Below are positions 8,201-13,556 of a stretch of DNA of 19,594 bases, piece by piece. The notes under the pieces were generated by a model. The model saw only the letters and a program-made list of their open reading frames with translations, was not told where the DNA came from and ran no database searches. Each line of letters opens with the position of its first letter. Position 1 is the first letter of the stretch. The translations under genes and the position numbers were made by a program. The DNA is from an uncultured Nitrososphaerota archaeon. GTDB lineage: Archaea > Korarchaeota > Korarchaeia > Korarchaeales > Korarchaeaceae. The stretch lies in the NCBI GenBank assembly GCA_964480775.1, contig CAYZRF010000029.1, forward strand, positions 1 to 19,594, read 5' to 3'.

Positions 8201-8463
8201 AGGATGGTAACTCTACAACAACCTCTGTTGATTTCAACGTTCAGAGCCCATCGAGCACGGGCGGAGGCACACCAAGCGGGGGTGGGACACCTTCGTCCTC
8301 GGGTTGGAGTCCACCTCGAACCTTCCCAGCACCGCCGGGCGACGAGGATGTTATTGTTGTTCCAACAGAAGGAGAAGGAACCTCTGTAAAGATTCCTATA
8401 ATACTTGCGATCGTATGTGCAGCAGTCGGCATAACTTATGGATTTGCAAGAAAAAGGGAATAG
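5218..8463 (+). CDS. Giant surface protein with two LamG (concanavalin-A-like lectin) domains, duplicated modules, Ig-like repeats and a C-terminal TM anchor; putative adhesin
   Basis: 1081 aa with a signal-like N-terminus. Two Laminin_G_3-type signatures (GCLLWYPLDRDEVHGTTVYDRSGAGNNGL and GCFGWWTLDEGSGSIAYDYSGWGNNGTITG). Each is followed by an FN3-like module starting IIPAGYLQINWSSW. The NATWYWANGTKIGEVLNIPNGTTTGIQVN module occurs at both ends. Two Ig-like domains begin with NALPEI and NNPPAI. A Gly/Ser/Thr/Pro linker is followed by TM ILAIVCAAVGITYGFARKRE. Confidence 0.9.
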   Translation: MQRKSLPLAFAFAFIVIMVLFSPIKEYSAQNEPPNKPELYEPSPSGTYVTTITPWLNCTFIDPDGDSMNATWYWANGTKIGEVLNIPNGTTTGIQVNVAWDSSYSWYVVVTDGTSNNQSDTWSFTTWAPGCLLWYPLDRDEVHGTTVYDRSGAGNNGLRDSTDNVVPYFWNYPENYVFWHKGGSTNAIHFDSLKNEFLANDFCVFAWTWFYELAPAGQHGIFATLGNKKVRLYSKDYYTGKIKFYVTYTNGSSKEYEASEAIDVKKWVALVYQRKGSRLEIFKNTTKILDQDIGNEDFFIDSIDDHRIGYYTNWYGMPKFYGKDYRIYSRALTSEEITQAEYLLRNIIPAGYLQINWSSWEFAEKYYYIVYKGDFNTVYASGSTTNTFFNISYEPGFQYFVKIIAEDTSQSKNTTWLVESFMTDGAPPLEGCFGWWTLDEGSGSIAYDYSGWGNNGTITGAIWKYINESWGYALSFDGGGYYVDCGFGDLLNPKGDPFTIVALVSTNYTNLGGMFGKVMYGMGTSTEFGFFYYQHKWYFTVGPPRANLYSDEYDTGSWYLIQGLRKSDDYIYFYVNGIKQAGTAQVTGITGFEDFPFYIGRAATGIYPGAAIQDEHRYYRRALTDSELNQTAYLLSHIIPAGYLQINWSSWSYADKYYYEVWQDNFSTLYASGVTTDTYVNLSYDPSHKYYVRIIAENSSYNLNLTWLVEDFYVKNNCPQASLASPLPNGTIINSINPWLNSTFIDLDLHLMNATWYWANGTKIGEVLNIPNGTTTGIQVNLQRGRWYYFYINTTDGWDINQTKIFAFYVNALPEIHSINVNSSSIFRGKALNITANIDDLEDIPEVYISIGKDGSWFVVNQSMTYLGSNVFSYIYSPAFSDAIGSYDIKIYSNDSNGGENTLLINSAFNVKNNPPAILEINIPTPTEGKLSTITINVTDLETSTDLLRVHVEIEKKGSTLASGEATYKDGVFVFSWTPPAGSSDPTAIITVTDKDGNSTTTSVDFNVQSPSSTGGGTPSGGGTPSSSGWSPPRTFPAPPGDEDVIVVPTEGEGTSVKIPIILAIVCAAVGITYGFARKRE
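5419..5501 (+). repeat. 83-nt tract 100% identical to 7471-7553 within the same gene
   Basis: Hand-checked: atgaatgcaacgtggtattgggctaatggaacgaaaataggagaggttctcaatattcctaacggaactacgacaggaattca is present in both copies. DNA immediately 5' and 3' of the tract is diverged. Confidence 0.95.
6254..6297 (+). repeat. 44-nt tract 100% identical to 7127-7170 within the same gene
   Basis: acataattcctgctggctatcttcagataaattggtcttcttgg is present in both copies. It encodes the IIPAGYLQINWSSW start of the two FN3-like modules. Confidence 0.95.
7471..7553 (+). repeat. Second copy of the 83-nt identical tract (partner 5419-5501)
   Basis: See partner feature. Confidence 0.95.
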
Positions 8464-8490
8464 TTTTCGAAGGTATAACTTTATAAGAAG

Positions 8491-9285
8491 TTGATATACT
8501 TCATACATGGTGATGAAGTGCCAAGAGTAGGACCAATATGGTTCGATGTAGCTGAAGCCAGAGACTTCTTAGTGATGAAGGGAATGGTCTCTACCCTTAG
8601 ACCAAGAAAGAGAACTGAAGGAATAACGATAGCCATGTTCCATGGAAAAGATGGAGTAGTGAAAATAGGGCGTGTCGTCGTTCGATTCATAGCTGAGATA
8701 GATGATCCTGAAGAAGATCTCATGGAGCTCGTGCCTTTTTCAGGCTTCAAGTCTTTGGAAGCTTGGTTGAAAGCTGCCAAAGGATCCAGATTCCTCTACC
8801 TTGTCTTCTTGATAGAGCCCTTGGATCTCAAGAAAAGATTTGAGATACTCTCTCAGGGGAAAGGTAGCAGAGATCTTGAGATCCTTAGGAAGATGATCGA
8901 GGAAGGGAATGAAAAAGACTTTACTCACGCTGGGTTGCCGTGCCACATTCATAGAACTCAACAGGGCTTCCTTTGTGGATATGTGGGTGTTCCAAGTAGC
9001 CATCCACTCTATGGAGTTGGATTGGATATCTTAGAAGAGATCCCCCTTGACATCGTTCATGGAGGCGTAACTTGGGCTGGTCGAGCTCATTGGAAGGAGG
9101 ATGAGTTCTGGTATTTTGGATTTGACTGTGGTCACTATGGGGATTATGCCCCCTTCTTTATAGCTAATGCGCCAGACGCCAAATATAGAGATATGGAATA
9201 TGTAGAGAAGGAGTGCAGGCGGTTAGCTGAGTTATTATCAAATGTGAGGTGGTTGGGTGCCAGACTTGAACGTGAAAGTTCCTGA
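8491..9285 (+). CDS. Two-domain protein: ASCH/PUA-like N-terminal half fused to a conserved phage/plasmid-type domain of unknown function
   Basis: N-terminal half: IWFDVAEARDFLVMKGMVSTLRP...VVVRFIAEI...SGFKSLEAWLKAA...LYLVFL resembles the ASCH pattern (tentative). C-terminal half: GYVGVPSSHPLYG...VHGGVTWAGR...FWYFGFDCGHYGDYAP...YRDMEYVEKECRRLAELL is a motif string I recognise from uncharacterised phage proteins but cannot name. Start is ambiguous (TTG 8491, or GTG 8518 preceded by GGTGA). Confidence 0.7.
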   Translation: MIYFIHGDEVPRVGPIWFDVAEARDFLVMKGMVSTLRPRKRTEGITIAMFHGKDGVVKIGRVVVRFIAEIDDPEEDLMELVPFSGFKSLEAWLKAAKGSRFLYLVFLIEPLDLKKRFEILSQGKGSRDLEILRKMIEEGNEKDFTHAGLPCHIHRTQQGFLCGYVGVPSSHPLYGVGLDILEEIPLDIVHGGVTWAGRAHWKEDEFWYFGFDCGHYGDYAPFFIANAPDAKYRDMEYVEKECRRLAELLSNVRWLGARLERESS

Positions 9286-9523
9286 AAAGAGAGAAGAGAT
9301 AGCTATTGTCGCCTGTGTGAAGGCTGTTCCAGTTCAGAAAGAGATCGTAATAGAGCACGGAGTTGCGAGGGAGGACATCTGCGTTGAATGCCCAATCAGC
9401 GGGATATGCGTAAAGATAGGAGAATGCCTTTCATGCCCCCACTTCGTCTCTCTCACAAAGGTCAGGAAGAGCAAGATAAAGCGCCACAGGCTGGGGTGGT
9501 TCGACGTTGACCTTCCTCTCTGA
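9257..9523 (+). CDS. Cys-rich mini-protein (putative metal-binding), translationally coupled to the primase gene
   Basis: GTG start preceded by GAGGTGG at 4-nt spacing. Cluster CVEC-x5-C-x6-C-x2-CPH. Overlaps the upstream stop by 29 nt and the primase start by 17 nt. Basic tail KVRKSKIKRHR. Confidence 0.55.
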   Translation: MPDLNVKVPEKREEIAIVACVKAVPVQKEIVIEHGVAREDICVECPISGICVKIGECLSCPHFVSLTKVRKSKIKRHRLGWFDVDLPL

Positions 9524-10703
9524 GGAAGAGATCAGAGCTTTCTATGAGAAGCAGGACTTTAGTCCGCTCTTTAAGCTCGATCCGAAGTTCTTCAAATGGA
9601 GACAAATTCGCTTAATGCTAAGCAATGGAAAGTTTCTAAAGATCAGAAGGAATGTCTCTTCACCTCAAGCACTTCAGAAGATTCTGCTGAAATTTCTGCC
9701 TGTGAAGGCATACTACATGGTGGCTCGTTTCTCTCAGCCAAGGAGCGTTGGAGCAAGAGATGGTCCCAAAGGTGCTGGATATGTCGTTGCCGATAACTGC
9801 TTTCTGTTTCAGGATGAATTTGTCTTTGACGTCGATGAGGATCCAGAGAAGAATCTTCCAGCATTAATCTCCTATCTACGAGAGAAGGGCTTCCCCATAA
9901 AATACATCTGCTTTTCAGGGAAGAGAGGCTACCATGTGTGTATAAAAAGACCGATTCGGCTTCGGATAGAGGATCCAAGGTCGAGGGAACAGCTTACGTT
10001 AGCCCACAACAAAGCATTGATAGAGGACGTTCTTAGCAGAGGCATAGCCGTCGACGATACATCGAACACAAGACAGATCGTCAAGATTCCGCTATCTTTA
10101 GATGCAACAACAGGTAATGAATGTTTTTTAGTTAGGAACCCGTTTGGGTTCATAGGGCTAGGGAACCTCAGAAGAGGTGATGACAGAGAGCCGTTTGCCG
10201 AGTGCAACACCGAGGACGGCGGGGGAGCTAGCCCTACCCCCCGTCCTCAGTTTAATCTCCTTCTCTGCGTTTCAAACAACGTCTTGGGAACGAGAGGTCA
10301 GTATGTCCCCTTCCTGAAGTTTGAAGGAGCTAAGAAAGAAAGAGTTAGAGCCATTCTCAAGAAGATAAGAGAGCGCTATGGAATAGGATCCTTCTATGTA
10401 TTTGAAGATGAGGAGGTTTTTGTGGCTGTCTCTTTAGAGATTGTTTCTTTTGAAAGGTTGATGAAAATCCTAAGATTTGCTAAGCAATGGGGCTATCTCA
10501 ACGCCTTAAGAAAATACAAGCACAACCTTTTAGAGCTCTCTTTCTTCAAGAAACCCGTAGCATATACGCCAAGAGGTGGTAGGAGCATATCTAAAGGGCA
10601 CCTACATCTTCTCAGGGTGTATGGCGTTCCAAATCTCCCATCAGGAGATCTGAATTTTGCAGGAAATGGAAAGGTGAGGATTGGTCTCTATGCCTCGAAG
10701 TGA
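9507..10703 (+). CDS. PriS-like archaeo-eukaryotic primase (AEP) catalytic subunit homologue with an extra C-terminal domain
   Basis: AEP motifs are present in order: motif I FVFDVDED, motif II FSGKRGYHVCI, motif III TRQIVKIPLSLDATTG. The N-terminus (EEEIRAFYEKQ...VKAYYMVARF) is collinear with cellular PriS. TTG start is preceded by GGGGTGG. The motif I-II spacer is ~23 aa with a single Cys, so it has no zinc knuckle. Confidence 0.85.
   Translation: MTFLSEEEIRAFYEKQDFSPLFKLDPKFFKWRQIRLMLSNGKFLKIRRNVSSPQALQKILLKFLPVKAYYMVARFSQPRSVGARDGPKGAGYVVADNCFLFQDEFVFDVDEDPEKNLPALISYLREKGFPIKYICFSGKRGYHVCIKRPIRLRIEDPRSREQLTLAHNKALIEDVLSRGIAVDDTSNTRQIVKIPLSLDATTGNECFLVRNPFGFIGLGNLRRGDDREPFAECNTEDGGGASPTPRPQFNLLLCVSNNVLGTRGQYVPFLKFEGAKKERVRAILKKIRERYGIGSFYVFEDEEVFVAVSLEIVSFERLMKILRFAKQWGYLNALRKYKHNLLELSFFKKPVAYTPRGGRSISKGHLHLLRVYGVPNLPSGDLNFAGNGKVRIGLYASK
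10212..10248. repeat. GC-rich inverted repeat (8+4 bp stem) inside the primase CDS
   Basis: GAGGACGG (10212-10219) pairs with CCGTCCTC (10241-10248). After one bulged C, GGGG (10221-10224) pairs with CCCC (10037+200 i.e. 10237-10240). The loop contains the palindrome GCTAGC. The repeat encodes the Gly/Pro linker EDGGGASPTPRPQ between the two primase domains. Confidence 0.7.
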
Positions 10704-10950
10704 TTACATGAAGTTATGGGGCTGGATTACAAGGAACTTCGACTTCAGCGAATATATGAGTCCAGAAGAGGCTAGGGCTGCTCTTGAGGATTACTTCGCA
10801 AGAGAGGGGAGTATCGGAGCTCTTATGGCTTTAGGCACAGGTTATTTTGATGACTTGATAGCAAGAGAAGTCATCAGACAGGCTATTCCTGAGTATCTTC
10901 CAGAATGGTACGAGTCCACAGAGAGAGAAAGCCTTGAAGAATGGACATAG
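10690..10950 (+). CDS. Small acidic protein of unknown function
   Basis: ATG 10690 is in frame with the track's TTG 10681, is preceded by AAGGTGAGGA and overlaps the primase stop by 14 nt. 86 aa, Glu/Asp-rich and predicted helical. Confidence 0.6.
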   Translation: MPRSDYMKLWGWITRNFDFSEYMSPEEARAALEDYFAREGSIGALMALGTGYFDDLIAREVIRQAIPEYLPEWYESTERESLEEWT

Positions 10951-10962
10951 TTTTTATTTTTT
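10951..10962 (+). terminator. Oligo-T tract after the acidic-protein gene
   Basis: tttttatttttt follows the stop codon directly. A GAGGAGGT RBS for the next gene comes right after it, so this may attenuate rather than fully terminate. Confidence 0.3.
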
Positions 10963-10981
10963 GAGGAGGTAAAAAGGAAGA

Positions 10982-11464
10982 ATGCCCCAAGAATCGACTG
11001 CTAAAATACTCAACTGCTTACTTCTTGCAAAGAACGCTCTAACTCCTAAAGAGATTAGTGAGAGAACGGGGGTTTCTCATCTTTATGTAAAAAAGCGTCT
11101 CCGTGAGTTAGAGGCTGATGGGAAAGTTGTCAGGCTTGAGAGGGGGAGATACCTAATTAGTGACCTTGGGGTAACTTTCGTAAAACCAGTCGAAGAATCG
11201 CCCATAGAACTTTTGATAAAAAAGATAAATGAGATAAATCAGAAATTGGATCTCATACTTCAAGGAAAGGTCGATTTGACCATAAATAAGGAATCTCTTA
11301 AGCAAGAAGTTAGGGAGACCATGCCAGAGATTAGAAGAGAGGTTGCAAAGCCTGTAGAGAGACCTAAGATACAGAAGCCGAAGATGAAACTACCCGCAGG
11401 AATCCCTGATTTTGTAGCAGACAATCCTTGGGGCGAGATAATTAGTGAAAAAGGCAGAAGATAG
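10982..11464 (+). CDS. Winged-helix-turn-helix DNA-binding protein with coiled-coil C-terminal half
   Basis: Strong RBS GAGGAGGT 8 nt upstream of the ATG. LTPKEISERTGVSHLYVKKRLRELEADGKVVRLERGRYLIS is a MarR/ArsR-type wHTH pattern. A helical, K/E-rich tail follows. Confidence 0.85.
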   Translation: MPQESTAKILNCLLLAKNALTPKEISERTGVSHLYVKKRLRELEADGKVVRLERGRYLISDLGVTFVKPVEESPIELLIKKINEINQKLDLILQGKVDLTINKESLKQEVRETMPEIRREVAKPVERPKIQKPKMKLPAGIPDFVADNPWGEIISEKGRR

Positions 11465-11473
11465 GCAAAAAAA

Positions 11474-11558
11474 GGGCAGGCATCATCTGGATGACCACCC
11501 AGCCGCTATCCCGACTAGATTGCTCCCGCTCCGAGGGAGGAGGTGAGTCCGCCTGCCC
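11474..11558 (+). ncRNA. Candidate structured small RNA or 3'-UTR element (GC island E1); strand uncertain
   Basis: 85 nt with 56/85 G+C by hand count, against the AT-rich surroundings. Closing helix GGGCAGGC/GCCTGCCC. Internal hairpins TCAT-CTGG-ATGA (11483-11494) and CTCCC-GCTCCGA-GGGAG (11523-11539). Followed by an oligo-T tract. No ORF and no tRNA features. Confidence 0.35.
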
Positions 11559-11565
11559 AGAATAT

Positions 11566-11592
11566 TGTTCTCTTTTTTCTTAAAAAGATTTC
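11566..11592. terminator. Bidirectional oligo-T terminator region between convergent units
   Basis: Plus strand has tcttttttctt (11571-11581). The minus strand reads tctttttaag directly after the stop of the 11593 gene. Confidence 0.45.
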
Positions 11593-11934
11593 TTAACGCA
11601 CCAAATACGCTAAAAGCAGGATTAACCAGTATCCTATGAGCCAGAAGCCAAAGAACTTTCCTATCAGCCTTAGCTTTTTAGATTGCCACGTCGCTCCTAA
11701 AGCATAGCAACCCAAAGCACCTATGAACAGCATTATGGATCCATACACCAAGCCGACTAGAGTCAGGGCTATCAACGCTATTAGGGCTCCTATGCCTCCA
11801 AGCAGACCTAGTTCGGGTATTTGGGGGAGTTGCGGGTTTATAACAAGGAATATGGGAAGTCCCAGCGTGGCTAGCAGTCCTATAAAACCTATTACAGCAA
11901 ACACTAATCCTATAAGTGCCTGATACCAGCGCAT
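11593..11934 (-). CDS. Polytopic small membrane protein (about 4 TM helices)
   Basis: The hydrophobic protein starts at MRWYQALIGLVFAVIGFIGLL (ATG 11934). The track's longer version (to 12084) overlaps the upstream gene by 118 nt and adds a non-hydrophobic, low-quality N-terminus. No clear RBS, so the start is uncertain. Confidence 0.6.
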   Translation of the reverse strand: MRWYQALIGLVFAVIGFIGLLATLGLPIFLVINPQLPQIPELGLLGGIGALIALIALTLVGLVYGSIMLFIGALGCYALGATWQSKKLRLIGKFFGFWLIGYWLILLLAYLVR

Positions 11935-11966
11935 TATTTCTTTTTGTTGTTTTTTCTTAAAAAGCC

Positions 11967-12242
11967 TTACGCCATGAGTGCTAAGAAAACAAGAACAAAG
12001 ATCCCTACCATCCCACCAAAAGCTCTCCATTGAGTAGATATTGCTCTCCTTCTTGGAGTCATTTCCCTTTTTATTCTGCTCCAAACGTTTGCTCTTTTAA
12101 GATTGAGTTCGTATAGCTCTTCTGAGAGCTTTCTAGCTTCGAATGGAAGTCCTTTCTTTAAAGCTTCTCCTAACTCGCTTTCTTTTTCTTTGATCATTCG
12201 TTCTACTGTTTCCAGCTCTATCGAAAGAGGTTCGAGGGGCAT
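11967..12242 (-). CDS. Small coiled-coil protein with C-terminal TM anchor
   Basis: 91 aa. N-terminal heptad-like K/E/L-rich helix (IELETVERMIKEKESELGEALKK...LYELNLKRA), a basic stretch, then TM FGGMVGIFVLVFLALMA. A/T-rich TATA-like box cttttattatttt lies ~25 nt upstream of the ATG. Confidence 0.7.
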   Translation of the reverse strand: MPLEPLSIELETVERMIKEKESELGEALKKGLPFEARKLSEELYELNLKRANVWSRIKREMTPRRRAISTQWRAFGGMVGIFVLVFLALMA

Positions 12243-12276
12243 CGTGAATCTTAGTGGGAAAATAATAAAAGTTTTC

Positions 12277-12552
12277 TTAAAACTTCTTTCTTCTCGATAA
12301 AATGTAAAAAGTCAGAAGGGATAGAGAAAGACCAAAGATTACAAAATTCGGATTAAAAGAAAGGATGGAGAGCATAGCTCCTATCAAAAGGATTAGGAGA
12401 GGCTTCCTATCCTTTTCTTTTTTGATCCCAAACCTCTTTTTGAAAAGATCTACTCGCCTACTTATAAGACGCCTCTCCTTTTTCAGGCTCATACAGAAAA
12501 AAGTAAAGGATCCTTTTCTTAAAAGCGCTTCGTTACTTGTGCCAAGTCTCAT
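12277..12552 (-). CDS. Small basic membrane protein (start uncertain: ATG 12552 or 12492)
   Basis: C-terminal two hydrophobic helices PLLILLIGAMLSILSF and FVIFGLSLSLLTFYIL follow a Lys/Arg-rich segment. The track start at 12633 would overlap the divergent gene's start head-to-head, so I shortened it. Confidence 0.4.
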   Translation of the reverse strand: MRLGTSNEALLRKGSFTFFCMSLKKERRLISRRVDLFKKRFGIKKEKDRKPLLILLIGAMLSILSFNPNFVIFGLSLSLLTFYILSRRKKF

Positions 12553-12623
12553 AAATTTCTCGAAAATCGGGATGTTTTTGGGAATCTTTTTTAAAAAGTA
12601 ATGTGCAGTATTTTGTGCAGAAA

Positions 12624-13556
12624 ATGCCTTCAAAGACGTCCTTCATTGTCCTCTTGTTGCTCCTTCTTTCAGCGCTATCTGTTCATGTTAGTTGTCAACC
12701 AAGATGCAATTGGATTGGAATCAAAGTAGCGGATGGTGAGACGTTCCATGTCGGGGATTACGCTATAACTCCAACGATTATCAGAAAATTGGGACAGTTT
12801 CTCATAAGTATTGAGAAGAATGGATTTCTCTACGCTCAACTCCAATATTTTCCGAACCCTTACCCTATCAGAATGACCTCGGTCAGGGAGCGTGGAAACT
12901 ACTCTCATATCATTTTCTATGTTCTTTTTGACAGAGACAGATCTTCGACAGAGTACGCATACATAGAGATAAGGGATAGCGAGATCTTTCCTCCATACGC
13001 CCTCTTAACTCTTGAACCTCTTGGACTGAACATCTCTCATGCCAGAGAGAAAAACATAGAAGGAAGGCAAGAGGATGTTGTCAAGGTTTGGATTAGAAAT
13101 CTTGGAGGCGCTGACACGAATGTAAGCATAAAGGTTCTCTATGAAGCAAAGGAGGGAGATTTCGAGGGAAACTTCACTCCCGTTGCAATTAATCTGTCTT
13201 ATCCTAAACAACTTTTCATAAAAGCAAAGAAGGGCGCTCTTCTTCCTATTACGATTAAAGTAAATAGGACGAAGTGGTGTGTTGCCATTAAGATCACGGT
13301 TATAGCTAACTATACCTCGCCTTGGCTTACTGATGACCAAGTTACCTTCAGATATAGCGATGGAGAGAACATGACAGCAAGCACGAGCTTCTATGTTAAC
13401 TTCTTTGAAAAGCAGAGGATAGAGACGCCTTCATGGGAAGGACGACCAATACCCTCAGCGCTCCCAGCTTTCATCTGTTCCGAGAAGGGAACTGGTGCTC
13501 TTCTCATAACTCTGGCTTTGTTCATAGGAGGAATAATCCTGAGAAAAAGGGGTTAG
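12624..13556 (+). CDS. Secreted CARDB/Ig-like protein with C-terminal TM anchor
   Basis: In-frame ATG 12624 gives a classical signal peptide MPSKTSFIVLLLLLLSALSVHVSCQ (the track uses GTG 12603). VVKVWIRNLGGADTNVSIKVLYE fits the CARDB pattern. Several N-x-S/T sequons. C-terminal GTGALLITLALFIGGIILRKRG. TATA-like cttttttaaaaag lies ~25-35 nt upstream. Confidence 0.85.
   Translation: MPSKTSFIVLLLLLLSALSVHVSCQPRCNWIGIKVADGETFHVGDYAITPTIIRKLGQFLISIEKNGFLYAQLQYFPNPYPIRMTSVRERGNYSHIIFYVLFDRDRSSTEYAYIEIRDSEIFPPYALLTLEPLGLNISHAREKNIEGRQEDVVKVWIRNLGGADTNVSIKVLYEAKEGDFEGNFTPVAINLSYPKQLFIKAKKGALLPITIKVNRTKWCVAIKITVIANYTSPWLTDDQVTFRYSDGENMTASTSFYVNFFEKQRIETPSWEGRPIPSALPAFICSEKGTGALLITLALFIGGIILRKRG

Noticed and set aside
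8240-8345. GC-rich stretch near the end of the giant gene as a third structured-RNA island.
   Set aside because: It is in frame and encodes the Gly/Ser/Thr/Pro linker (STGGGTPSGGGTPSSSGWSPP...), including an imperfect 18-nt tandem duplication. Composition is explained by the amino-acid content.
8481-9003. Minus-strand ORFs 8481-8780 and 8740-9003. The same applies to 9164-9358, 9643-9978 and 9929-10210, and to plus-strand out-of-frame 9596-9796.
   Set aside because: They overlap the ASCH-like and primase genes, whose frames carry clear conserved motifs. No independent support exists for them.
11474-11558. E1 and E2 (14654-14723) as tRNA genes, tRNA halves or att-site tRNA fragments.
   Set aside because: There is no GTTCRAATC-type T-loop, no D-arm and no anticodon-arm geometry, and the lengths and helices do not fit a cloverleaf. 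The two islands share no sequence, so they are not the direct repeats of an integration event.
12365-12601. 78-aa plus-strand ORF.
   Set aside because: It has the Phe/Leu/Arg-rich shadow composition of the minus-strand Lys-rich membrane-protein ORF. It has no RBS or promoter logic.
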